A stretch of 64,000 nucleotides of DNA, taken from NCBI GenBank assembly GCA_041497675.1, contig JBGQGY010000001.1, positions 1-64,000 on the forward strand, read 5' to 3'. This DNA is from a bacterium. GTDB taxonomy: Bacteria; Sysuimicrobiota; Sysuimicrobiia; Sysuimicrobiales; Humicultoraceae. Below the pieces are notes generated by a model. The model saw only the letters and a list, made by a program, of their open reading frames with translations, ran no database searches and was not told where the DNA came from. The position numbers and the translations under genes are program-made. Positions within the stretch are counted from its first letter, which is position 1. Each line of letters starts with the position of its first letter. Of this stretch, positions 1-10,190 are shown piece by piece.

Positions 1-729
1 AACCTGCTGTATCCGTCGGTGGTCGAGGGTCGGGTCGTGCTCACCAGCAGCGTGGGGATTCACACCGTGGTGCTGCCCGAGTACGTCATGGCGCTCGTCC
101 TGGCGTTTGCCAAACGGCTCCACCATGCGATCCGCAACCAGGCGGCGCACCGGTGGGACCGCTCGGGGACAGTTGGTGAGGAACTCGACGGGAAGACGCT
201 GGGCGTGCTGGGTCTGGGGGCGATCGGCCGGGCGCTCGCCGCGCGGGCCTCGGCCTTCGGGATGCGCGTGGTTGGGACGAAGCGCACGCCGGAACTCGTT
301 CTACATGTCGAGCAGGTGTATCCTCCAGAGGGCACCGATGAGGTCCTGCGGCAGGCGGATTTTGTCGCCGTTGTCCTGCCGCTCACGCCGGCCACACGCG
401 GGCTCATCGACGCGCGGGCCCTGGGGTTGATGAAGGCGACCGCGGTGTTGATCAACGTGGGCCGCGGGGCAGTGGTGAACGAGGCGGCGCTGGTCGAGGC
501 GCTGCGGGCGGGGAGGATTGCCGGGGCGGGTCTGGACGTGTTCGAGCGAGAGCCGCTGCCCGCCGACAGCCCGCTCTATGACATGGAAAACGTGATTGTC
601 ACGCCGCACGTGTCCGGGGCGTCGCCGACCTACTTCGACCGGGCGATCCCGCTGTTCTGCGAGAACCTGCGGCGGTTCCTGGCCGGGCAGTCGCTGGCCA
701 ACGTGGTGGACCCCGCGCGGGGGTACTGA
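1..729 (+). CDS. D-2-hydroxyacid dehydrogenase (5'-truncated by window edge)
   Basis: GLGAIG Rossmann motif, INVGRG, LDVFEREP, TPHVSG; frame open from base 1. Confidence 0.9.
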   Translation, partial: NLLYPSVVEGRVVLTSSVGIHTVVLPEYVMALVLAFAKRLHHAIRNQAAHRWDRSGTVGEELDGKTLGVLGLGAIGRALAARASAFGMRVVGTKRTPELVLHVEQVYPPEGTDEVLRQADFVAVVLPLTPATRGLIDARALGLMKATAVLINVGRGAVVNEAALVEALRAGRIAGAGLDVFEREPLPADSPLYDMENVIVTPHVSGASPTYFDRAIPLFCENLRRFLAGQSLANVVDPARGY

Positions 730-751
730 CGCAGCTGAGGGAGGTCTACCG

Positions 752-2842
752 TTGAAGCCGTACCCGCCTGAACAGATCCGCAACGTCGCCTTCACCGGTC
801 ACGGTGGAACCGGCAAGACGACGTTGGTCGAAGCGATGCTGTTTTCGACCAAAGCCATCGACCGGATGGGGAGGATCGAAGACGGCACCACGACCACCGA
901 CTTCGACCCGGAAGAGATCCGCCGGCGCCACACGATCAACGTGTCGCTGGCGCCGATGGAGTGGGACGGGGTCAAGATCAACGTGATCGACACGCCGGGG
1001 TATCCGGACTTCGTCGCCGAGATGGTTGGGGCGCTGCGCGTCGTGGAAGGCGCGGTGATCGTCGTCGATGCGGTCGCCGGCATCGAGGTGCAGACCGAGA
1101 TCGCCTGGACTCGTGCCGATGCCCACGCGCTGGCCCGTCTGGTCGTCATCAACCGGCTCGACCGGGAGAACGCGAACTTCGAGCGCACCGTCGACGTGCT
1201 GCGGAGCCGGTACGGCACCCGCGTGGTCCCCATCCAGATCCCGGTGGGCGCCGAGGGTGGGTTCAAAGGGGTCGTGGATCTGATCGGCATGAAGGCGTAT
1301 CTCGACGGCGGGGACAAGCCCCAGGAGATCCCGGCCGATCTGCGCGACGAGGCCGCGGCGGCGCGCGAGCGTCTGGCCGAGACGGCGGCGGAGAGCGACG
1401 ACGCCCTGGTCGAAAAGTATCTGGAAGCCGGCACGCTCACCGACGAGGAGTTGCAGCGCGGGCTCGTGGCCGGCGCGCGGGCCGGGAAGATCGTGCCCGT
1501 GCTCGCGACGGCCGCGCCGAAGCGTCTTGGTGTCCTCCAACTCTTGTCGGCGATTACGAGCCTGATCCCCTCGCCCGCGCAGACCGGCGCCGTGACCGGC
1601 ACGCATCCTCGGAACAACGCCGAGGTGACCATCGAACCCACGAGCCGTGGCCCGTTCGCGGTGCTGGTCTTCAAGACGATGGCCGACCCCTATGTCGGCC
1701 GGCTATCGTACTTCCGCGTCTACGGCGGGTCGTTCACGTCCGACTCTCAGGTGGTGAACGCGACACGCGACAAGACCGAGCGCGTGGCGCAGCTCTTCCA
1801 CCTACGAGGCAAGCACCAGGAACCGACGCCGCAGGTCGGGCCCGGGGATCTTGGGGCGGTGGCCAAGCTCGCCGACACGCAGACCGGTGACACGCTGTGC
1901 GGCAAGGACCACCCCGTGCGTCTGGCGCCCATCGAGTTCCCCAAGCCCGCGATTTCGATGGCGATCGAGCCCAAGAGCAAAGCCGACGAAGACAAGATGG
2001 GCAGCGCGTTGCACCGGCTGACCGAAGAAGACCCGACGTTTATGGTGCGCCGCGACCCAGAGCTCAAGCAGACGGTCATCTCGGGCATGGGTGAGTCTCA
2101 CCTGGAGATCATGGCCGACCGGTTGAAGCGGAAGTTTGGCGTCGACGTCGTGCTCTCGCCTCCGCGCGTTCCGTACCGTGAAACCGTCAAGGGAAAGGCG
2201 CAGGCGCAGGGGCGTCACGTCAAGCAGAGCGGTGGGCGCGGGCAGTACGCCGTGTGCTCCCTGGAAGTCGAGCCGGTGCCCCGAGGCGGCGGGTTCGAGT
2301 TTGTCGACAAGATCTTTGGGGGCGCGATCCCGAATCAGTTCATCCCCTCCGTCGAGAAGGGCGTCCGCAAGACGCTCGACGAAGGGATCCTGGCGGGGTA
2401 CCCTGTCGTGGACATCCGCGTCATCCTGGTCGATGGGAAGTACCACGACGTCGACTCATCCGACATCGCGTTCCAGCTCGCCGCCGGGGTGGGGTTCAAA
2501 GAGGCGGCCGCGAAGGCCGGGGTGGTCCTGCTGGAACCAATTCTCGACATCGCCGTCACAGTTCCTGAGGACCACATGGGCGACATTATCGGCGACCTCA
2601 ACGCAAAGCGGGCCCGGATCCTCGGTATGGAATCGCAGGGGGATGGGAGCACGATCGTCCGGGCGCAGGTCCCGCAGGCCGAAGTGCTACGGTACGCGTC
2701 GGACCTCCGGTCCATCACCGGTGGGCGGGGCGCGTTCACCGCGACGTTCTCGCACTACGATCCGGTGCCGCCGCACATCGCGGACAAGGTCGCCGCCGAG
2801 GCACGCCGGCAGAAAGAGGAGGCCGAGAGCCAGCGGGCCTAG
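752..2842 (+). CDS. fusA: Elongation factor G-like protein (EF-G2 type)
   Basis: GHGGTGKTT, DTPGYPDF, KQSGGRGQY, DGKYHDVDSSD; TTG start after GGGAGG; not in a str operon. Confidence 0.9.
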   Translation: MKPYPPEQIRNVAFTGHGGTGKTTLVEAMLFSTKAIDRMGRIEDGTTTTDFDPEEIRRRHTINVSLAPMEWDGVKINVIDTPGYPDFVAEMVGALRVVEGAVIVVDAVAGIEVQTEIAWTRADAHALARLVVINRLDRENANFERTVDVLRSRYGTRVVPIQIPVGAEGGFKGVVDLIGMKAYLDGGDKPQEIPADLRDEAAAARERLAETAAESDDALVEKYLEAGTLTDEELQRGLVAGARAGKIVPVLATAAPKRLGVLQLLSAITSLIPSPAQTGAVTGTHPRNNAEVTIEPTSRGPFAVLVFKTMADPYVGRLSYFRVYGGSFTSDSQVVNATRDKTERVAQLFHLRGKHQEPTPQVGPGDLGAVAKLADTQTGDTLCGKDHPVRLAPIEFPKPAISMAIEPKSKADEDKMGSALHRLTEEDPTFMVRRDPELKQTVISGMGESHLEIMADRLKRKFGVDVVLSPPRVPYRETVKGKAQAQGRHVKQSGGRGQYAVCSLEVEPVPRGGGFEFVDKIFGGAIPNQFIPSVEKGVRKTLDEGILAGYPVVDIRVILVDGKYHDVDSSDIAFQLAAGVGFKEAAAKAGVVLLEPILDIAVTVPEDHMGDIIGDLNAKRARILGMESQGDGSTIVRAQVPQAEVLRYASDLRSITGGRGAFTATFSHYDPVPPHIADKVAAEARRQKEEAESQRA

Positions 2843-2852
2843 AACGTCGCGG

Positions 2853-4622
2853 ATGCAGATGAGCCGGGGTTTCGTTTCGAGCGAACTCAAGGATGAGATC
2901 CGCCGCCGCATCGACGCCGTGGCGCTGGTCTCGACTCACGCCGCGCTGAAGAAATCCGGCCGGTACTACAAGGGGCTGTGTCCGTTCCATCAAGAGAAGA
3001 CCCCGTCGTTTCACCTGGATCCCGAGCGAGGCCTGTTTCATTGTTTTGGCTGCGGGCGCGGCGGCGACATCTTCGATTTCGTTATGCAGACCGCCAACCT
3101 GACGTTCAACGAAGCCGCGGAGGATCTGGCGCGGCGGGCCGGGGTGGCATTCGATGTCTCACCCCAGGCCGCGCAGCGGGCCTCGGAGCGCGAGCAGTTG
3201 ATGCGCGCCCTGGACGCCGCCAGGGCGCACTTTCGAGCGTCGCTGAAGACGGGGAAGAACGCGCAGGAGTACCTGGCGAAGCGGGGTGTGAACGCCGAGG
3301 CCGCCGATCGGTTCCAGTTGGGGTATGCGCCGCCGGGATGGGACGGTCTGCTGACGGCGTTGGGAACCAAGGGCTATACCTCCACGCTGCTGGAGCAGGC
3401 GGGTCTGGTGCAGGCGCGGTCCGGTGGTGGGGGCCACTTCGATATCTTCCGAGAGCGGTTGATGTTCCCCATCTTTGATCTTCAAGATCGGCCGGTGGCG
3501 TTCGGAGGCCGGGCGCTGGATGGGTCGGAACCGTCCTATCTGAACTCCAGGGAGACGCCGGCCTTCGCCAAAGGCCGCACGCTGTACGCGCTCAACCTGG
3601 CCCGGGACGCCATCCGGGAGGCCGGTGAGGCCCTGGTCGTCGAGGGGTATATGGACGTGCTGGCCGCCTCCCAGTGTGGTTTCGGGAACGCGGTAGCCTC
3701 ACTGGGGACGGCGCTGACGGCCGACCACGTCGCCCTGCTCCGACGGTTTGCGCCGAGGGTGATCTTGATCTATGACTCGGATGAGGCGGGCGAACTGGCC
3801 ACGGAACGTGGGCTGACCCTGTTTGAGGAGGCCGAGGTGGCCGCCCGGGTGGCCGTCCTGCCGGCGGGCGAGGACCCGGACGACTTCCTGCGGAAGCGGG
3901 GTCCGGAGGCGTTTGCGCGGGCCCTGGAGACGGCCCTGCCCATGTTCGAGTACCGGGTGGCCCGGGCCGTCCGGAAGCACGACGCGGGGACCCGGGAAGG
4001 GAAGATTATGCTCGCTGACGAAGTTCTTACTGTTATACAATCGGTGGCGAACCCGATCCGGAAAGCCGAGTATCTCCGGGCGCTGGCTGAACGGTTTGAT
4101 CTGCCCGAAGACGCCCTCCGCCAGCGGTTGCGCGCCCGGCAGCGGTCAGGCCGAACGGCGGCGGCAAGCGACGGGACGATCACCCCGAGCGGTGACCGCG
4201 CCCGCGAGCGGGCGGAACGGCTGCTCCTGCACGTGATGGTCCAGGAGCCCGGTTGTCGCGAAGAGATGGGTCGCCGGCTATCGGCCAATTCGTTCGCCAC
4301 CCCCACGTACCAGAAGTTGGCGCTGGCCCTGCTCTCGGCGCCCGATGCGGAGGCCGAAACGCTTCGGGAGCGGCTCGACGACGAGACTGCGGGTCTGCTT
4401 ATGCATTTGGTCTTCGAGGAACCGCCCGTCACTGTGCGGAACAAGGACCAGTCGGTGGACGGCGCCCTGCGGTACCTGACGCAGACGGAGCCGACCGAAG
4501 TTGAACGGCGGCGGCTGTGGGACGCGATCCAGGCCGCGCAGGCGGATGGCGATCATCCCGAGGTGTCGCGCCTGCAGGCGCTGTACGCGGAACTGGTGGG
4601 GGCGGCAAAACGCAGCGGGTAG
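2853..4622 (+). CDS. dnaG: DNA primase
   Basis: CPFH...CFGC zinc finger, YLNSRET, VEGYMD, YDSDEAG, DPDD Toprim motifs; upstream of rpoD. Confidence 0.95.
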   Translation: MQMSRGFVSSELKDEIRRRIDAVALVSTHAALKKSGRYYKGLCPFHQEKTPSFHLDPERGLFHCFGCGRGGDIFDFVMQTANLTFNEAAEDLARRAGVAFDVSPQAAQRASEREQLMRALDAARAHFRASLKTGKNAQEYLAKRGVNAEAADRFQLGYAPPGWDGLLTALGTKGYTSTLLEQAGLVQARSGGGGHFDIFRERLMFPIFDLQDRPVAFGGRALDGSEPSYLNSRETPAFAKGRTLYALNLARDAIREAGEALVVEGYMDVLAASQCGFGNAVASLGTALTADHVALLRRFAPRVILIYDSDEAGELATERGLTLFEEAEVAARVAVLPAGEDPDDFLRKRGPEAFARALETALPMFEYRVARAVRKHDAGTREGKIMLADEVLTVIQSVANPIRKAEYLRALAERFDLPEDALRQRLRARQRSGRTAAASDGTITPSGDRARERAERLLLHVMVQEPGCREEMGRRLSANSFATPTYQKLALALLSAPDAEAETLRERLDDETAGLLMHLVFEEPPVTVRNKDQSVDGALRYLTQTEPTEVERRRLWDAIQAAQADGDHPEVSRLQALYAELVGAAKRSG

Positions 4623-4648
4623 ACCGCTGTGGGGTTGTACGGAGAGCG

Positions 4649-5758
<1,110 letters not shown>

Positions 5759-5822
5759 ACTCAGAGTCGTCTGCCGCCGGCGCTTTGCGCGCAGCGGGGG
5801 ATGAATCTGGAGGACGCACACG

Positions 5823-7106
5823 ATGAGCGCGAGAGGCACCACGGAAGACCGCACGCATGATGTGCGCGATTTGAGCCTGGCGGCTGAGGGCCTCCTGCGG
5901 ATCGCGTGGGCGGAACGCGAGATGCCGGTGCTGCGCCGGATCCGCGAGCGCTTCACCAGCGAGCAGCCCCTGCGGGGCCGGCGTCTGGCGGCCTGTCTCC
6001 ACGTGACCACCGAGACGGCCGCGCTCATTTTGACGCTGCGCGCCGGCGGGGCGCAGGTCACGTTGTGCGCCAGTAACCCGCTCTCGACGCAAGACGATGT
6101 GGCCGCGGCGCTGGCGGCCGAGTACGGCATCGGCGTCTTCGCGATCCGCGGTGAAGACCGCGACACGTACTACAAGCACATCCATCAGGCCCTGAGCCTG
6201 CAGCCCCACGTGACCTTGGATGACGGCGCCGATCTGGTATCCGTGTTGCACTCGGAACGCACCGATCTGATCGAGGGCGTGATCGGCGGCACCGAGGAGA
6301 CCACGACCGGCGTCCTCCGGCTGCGCGCGATGGCGCGCGACGGCGCGCTCCGGTACCCGATTATTGCCGTCAACGATGCGAAGACCAAGCACCTCTTCGA
6401 CAACCGGTACGGCACCGGGCAGTCGACGATCGACGGGCTGCTGCGCGCCACGAATGTGCTGCTGGCCGGCAAGACGATGGTCGTGTGCGGGTTTGGGTCC
6501 TGCGGCCGGGGGCTAGCGATGCGGGCCCGCGGCATGGGCGCGCGCGTCATCGTCACAGAAGTGTCGCCCTTGTACGCGCTGGAGGCGGTCATGGAAGGCT
6601 ACCAGGTGCTGCCGATCTCCGAGGCGGCCCGGGTTGGGGACATCTTTATCACCGTGACCGGGAACCGGGGCGTGATCCGGCGCGAGCACTTCGAGGCGAT
6701 GCACGACGGTGCGATCCTGGCGAACAGCGGTCACTTCAACGTGGAGATCGACATCCCCGCGCTGGAGGGCATGGCCGCCCGCCGGCGCAAGGCGCGTGAG
6801 AACGTCGAGGAGTTTGCGCTCCCCGACGGCCGGCGGATCTACGTGCTGGCAGAGGGCCGCCTGCTCAACCTGGCGGCCGCCGAAGGACATCCCGCCGCGG
6901 TGATGGACATGTCGTTTGCCAACCAGGCGTTGTCGGTGGGGCACCTGGTGCATTCGGCCGGCACGCTTGAGCGCACGGTCCACACGGTCCCGCCGTCCAT
7001 TGACGACGCCGTGGCGGCCCTGAAGCTCGAAGCGATGGGCGTCGCCATCGACGCCCTGACGGACGAGCAGCGCAAGTACCTCGAATCCTGGCAGGAAGGC
7101 ACATAG
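5823..7106 (+). CDS. ahcY: Adenosylhomocysteinase
   Basis: [48 protein letters not shown]. Confidence 0.95.
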   Translation: MSARGTTEDRTHDVRDLSLAAEGLLRIAWAEREMPVLRRIRERFTSEQPLRGRRLAACLHVTTETAALILTLRAGGAQVTLCASNPLSTQDDVAAALAAEYGIGVFAIRGEDRDTYYKHIHQALSLQPHVTLDDGADLVSVLHSERTDLIEGVIGGTEETTTGVLRLRAMARDGALRYPIIAVNDAKTKHLFDNRYGTGQSTIDGLLRATNVLLAGKTMVVCGFGSCGRGLAMRARGMGARVIVTEVSPLYALEAVMEGYQVLPISEAARVGDIFITVTGNRGVIRREHFEAMHDGAILANSGHFNVEIDIPALEGMAARRRKARENVEEFALPDGRRIYVLAEGRLLNLAAAEGHPAAVMDMSFANQALSVGHLVHSAGTLERTVHTVPPSIDDAVAALKLEAMGVAIDALTDEQRKYLESWQEGT

Positions 7107-7148
7107 CAAAACCGCACGTCAGACTGCACGATCCAATGAGACCGGCCG

Positions 7149-7937
7149 ATGCAACGGGTGTGGGCCGGTCTCATCGATTTGTTGTTTCCCCCGCGGTGCG
7201 CCGGGTGCGGCGCGCGGGGTGCGTGGTTTTGCGCGCGGTGCGAGGCCACGCTGGCGTGGATGCGGCCGCCGGTGTGCGAGCGGTGCGGCGACGCGCTCGC
7301 GGGCGATCCGAACGGGGCCGCGTACTGCGATGCGTGCTGTCGCACGCCGCCCGCCTTTGCTGTCGCCCGGTCGCTGGCGGCGTACGACGGCTCGCTGCGC
7401 CAGGCCATTCACGCGTTGAAGTATCGACAGCAGAGGGCGGTGGCTGAGCCGCTGGGAGCGTTGCTGGCGCGCGCCGTGCCCTGGGAGGTGGCGGTGGGGG
7501 TCACGGCCGTCGTGCCCGTCCCGCTTCATCCCGCCCGTCAGACGACCAGAGGATTCAATCAATCGGCGCTGCTGGCCCGGCCCGTGGCCAGGGCGCTGGA
7601 CGTGCCGGTCGTGCCACACGCGATCCGCCGGGTGCGCCAGGAAGCGTCCCAAGCCGGCCTCGGCGCAGCGGCGAGGCGGCGAAACGTGCTGACCGCGTTC
7701 GAACCGGATAGCGTCTCGGTCGCCGGCCGCGTCTTGCTGATTGACGACGTGTTCTCGACCGGCGCGACCGCAGACGCGTGCGCGCGGGCCCTCCTTGCCC
7801 GGGGGGCCGCCAGCGTGGGCGTCCTGACGCTGGCGAGGGCCGTGCTGCGACTGACGGTGCATGACTGGAAGTCGGGTGGCGGCAGCCGCACCGTGACGTT
7901 GGTCCCCCAAATGTCCTCACCGGGTGCCGATAGATGA
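7149..7937 (+). CDS. comF: ComF family phosphoribosyltransferase-like protein with double zinc ribbon
   Basis: LFPPRCAGC, CERC/CDAC, VPVPLH, RGFNQS, LLIDDVFSTGAT. Confidence 0.9.
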   Translation: MQRVWAGLIDLLFPPRCAGCGARGAWFCARCEATLAWMRPPVCERCGDALAGDPNGAAYCDACCRTPPAFAVARSLAAYDGSLRQAIHALKYRQQRAVAEPLGALLARAVPWEVAVGVTAVVPVPLHPARQTTRGFNQSALLARPVARALDVPVVPHAIRRVRQEASQAGLGAAARRRNVLTAFEPDSVSVAGRVLLIDDVFSTGATADACARALLARGAASVGVLTLARAVLRLTVHDWKSGGGSRTVTLVPQMSSPGADR

Positions 7938-7952
7938 GACCGGGGGACACCA

Positions 7953-8222
7953 ATGCGGATGATCTTCGGCCTGCTGATTCTTGTGGTCTGTATCGCGCTG
8001 ACGGCAGCGTGCGGGGCGACGGGGCGTCCGCCCGTGCTCGCCGCAGGCGCCCAGGGTAGCGGGGAACCGCACTCCGTCGAGGCGGAGTCGCAGCGCCGGT
8101 TTCACTCCGCGGCCATCACCTCACGCATGCTCGTGTCGATCGCCCAGATGCTGGGAGGCATGAGGGTGCCGATCGTGCTCGACGGCCGCGGATCGCAGAC
8201 ACTCTTCGATCCGGACCGGTGA
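7953..8222 (+). CDS. Small exported protein/lipoprotein, putative second peptide precursor
   Basis: Hydrophobic N-terminus with lipobox-like LTAAC; stop overlaps next start (GTGA); ends LFDPDR like the 9047 protein (VFDPAN). Confidence 0.6.
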   Translation: MRMIFGLLILVVCIALTAACGATGRPPVLAAGAQGSGEPHSVEAESQRRFHSAAITSRMLVSIAQMLGGMRVPIVLDGRGSQTLFDPDR

Positions 8223-8971
8223 GCGCTTCCCACGGCGTCGGCCGCGGGGCGAGGACCGCTCTCGTCTGGTCCGCCGCCGCTGCCGTGATCCAGTGGACGG
8301 TCACCGAGTTCACGCTGAGGGGTCCGCTCACTCACCTGCTTGTTGAGGGCCTCCGAAAGACCGGCACGGTGCTCTCGCCGCCCAACCGGCTGGAAGTCAG
8401 TGCGTTCCTGATCGCACCGATCACGATCGCGCTCGGCGCGATGTGTGTGCTTCGAGCCCGCCGGGACGGTCTCACCCCGTTGGGCCTCGGGTACCAGTGC
8501 GATCGGCGGCGCGTGGCCGCAGGGGCACTGGGGGGCGTTGCGACCCTGATGGTGTCCGCCCTGGCCGTCATGGCCGACTCCTGTCTGTTTGCCGCGCCGG
8601 CGATTCAAGAACGGTTCATGACACGGGTGAGCGCCGCCGCGATACCCGCGCTCGTCGCCCTCGTGCTGGGCAACGGCGTGCTGGTCCCCGTCGTGGAAGA
8701 GTTCGCGTGGCGCGGGTACATCCAAACGCGTCTGGTGGGCGCGTGGAGTCCCACGGCGGCCGTGGTGACGACCGCCGCACTGTTTGCGCTCAAGCATGTC
8801 GTGGTGGATGGGTCCGTCGTCCGGATGACCACGCTCCTGACCGGCGCATTCACGCTTGGGCTCATCGGGTACCGATATGGCACCGCGGCGTCGACGATGG
8901 CGCACGTGATCCTCAACGTCACTGGGACCGCGGCATCCGTCGCCGCCACCTTCTTGATTGCGCCCCCGTGA
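8219..8971 (+). CDS. CPBP (CAAX/Abi) family intramembrane metalloprotease
   Basis: EEFAWRG, FALKH and HVILN motifs; multiple hydrophobic segments. Confidence 0.9.
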   Translation: MSASHGVGRGARTALVWSAAAAVIQWTVTEFTLRGPLTHLLVEGLRKTGTVLSPPNRLEVSAFLIAPITIALGAMCVLRARRDGLTPLGLGYQCDRRRVAAGALGGVATLMVSALAVMADSCLFAAPAIQERFMTRVSAAAIPALVALVLGNGVLVPVVEEFAWRGYIQTRLVGAWSPTAAVVTTAALFALKHVVVDGSVVRMTTLLTGAFTLGLIGYRYGTAASTMAHVILNVTGTAASVAATFLIAPP

Positions 8972-8992
8972 ACTCACCGGTCCGGCGTCGAT

Positions 8993-9016
8993 GGACATGA
9001 GTGCACGATCATGTCC
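8993..9016 (+). promoter_or_regulatory. Perfect inverted repeat upstream of the precursor gene (operator or 5' RNA hairpin)
   Basis: GGACATGA-N8-TCATGTCC. Confidence 0.5.
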
Positions 9017-9046
9017 TGGGCCCGGTGGCCCAAGGGAGGGATGGAG

Positions 9047-9460
9047 ATGAAGTGGTTGAGCATGTTGATCCTTGTGGTGGGGTTGGTGACTGGTGTCGCC
9101 GTTCATGGGTCCCGTGCGGCGCCCATCGCGCGACACAGCGTCGCGTTTGCGCAGTGCCCGGAGGGCGGCGCGGCGGGTGACGCCTGCCAGGCGCTGACCT
9201 CGCGGCTGGCGTTGGGCGTCGAGGAAGGACCGGGAGACTACATCGGCGTCGTGTCGGCGATTGGCGCCGTGGGCGCGAACGAGGCCGGCATCATCGGCGC
9301 CGGAGGCGATATCAGCCCGGACCGGTGGGTGGCCGTCGCGCTGGCGGCGATGGAAGTCGCCAGAGCGGTCTTCCAGAACTGGGACAGGTTCTTTGGGCAT
9401 GACATGGCCCTGGGGCCGGGCGTTCCCGTTTTTGATGGAGTATTTGATCCCGCCAACTGA
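9047..9460 (+). CDS. Secreted peptide precursor (SdpC-like role by context)
   Basis: AAGGGAGG RBS; signal peptide; C-x9-C pair; amphipathic RWVAVALAAMEVARAVFQNWDRFFG; directly upstream of sdpA/sdpB-like genes. Confidence 0.7.
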   Translation: MKWLSMLILVVGLVTGVAVHGSRAAPIARHSVAFAQCPEGGAAGDACQALTSRLALGVEEGPGDYIGVVSAIGAVGANEAGIIGAGGDISPDRWVAVALAAMEVARAVFQNWDRFFGHDMALGPGVPVFDGVFDPAN

Positions 9461-9463
9461 GGG

Positions 9464-9499
9464 GAAGGGGAGGGGGCGCGTCGGGCTTCCCTCCCCTTC
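9464..9499 (+). terminator. Strong intercistronic hairpin without U-tract (mRNA stabiliser or partial attenuator)
   Basis: GAAGGGGAGGG (9464-9474) pairs with CCCTCCCCTTC (9489-9499). Confidence 0.6.
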
Positions 9500-9524
9500 A
9501 CACGCGGCGAAAGGAGATGTCGTG

Positions 9525-10172
9525 ATGCGCAACCTGTTGACGGCGTGGCTTGCGGCCTCGGTGATGACCATCGTGTCGGCCGTCTACCTTGTCAGCGCCC
9601 TGCTGTATCTGGCGCCGCCCAATCCCGTGACGCTGCTCCACCTGCCGGCCATTCGGGGCCTGCTGCACCCGTTCTTCGCCCAGAACTGGCACCTATTTGC
9701 GCCGAATCCCATTCGGATGAATCTGGTGCTCACGGTGCGGTGCAGCACCGGCGCCCAGGTGACACCCTGGCTCGACCCCTTCACGCCGTGGTTGGCCCAA
9801 CACCACCGCAATCGGTTCTCGCCGATGGGCAAGATGCTGCGCGTCCCGCAGAATGCGATGTTCGCCGTCCTGGGACGGTCCGCGGACGAGTGGCGGCCGC
9901 TGATCTGCCGGCGGACGCCTGAGGCGCCGATGTGTCGGGGCGAGGACCCCGCCTCCCGGCGGCAGCGCGATCTGGGGGTCTTCATCCTGCAGCGCGTCGG
10001 TTCGGCGGTGTGCGATCAGGTCGCCGGTTCGGGGCGCGTCCGCTACGTGCAGCCGCGCATCCTGATCCACGAGCCGCCACCGTGGTCGAAGCGCATGTTG
10101 CCGGCCGGCGCCGGCTCGACGAAGTATCTGCCCCTCCCGTGGCTGCCCTACGTGCCGGTGAGCGGGTCCTGA
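9525..10172 (+). CDS. DUF5819 / SdpA-like membrane-anchored protein
   Basis: N-terminal TM, APPNP, PFFAQNWHLFAPNP motif; AAGGAG RBS. Confidence 0.8.
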   Translation: MRNLLTAWLAASVMTIVSAVYLVSALLYLAPPNPVTLLHLPAIRGLLHPFFAQNWHLFAPNPIRMNLVLTVRCSTGAQVTPWLDPFTPWLAQHHRNRFSPMGKMLRVPQNAMFAVLGRSADEWRPLICRRTPEAPMCRGEDPASRRQRDLGVFILQRVGSAVCDQVAGSGRVRYVQPRILIHEPPPWSKRMLPAGAGSTKYLPLPWLPYVPVSGS

Positions 10173-10190
10173 GTGGGAGGACGTGGCGGG

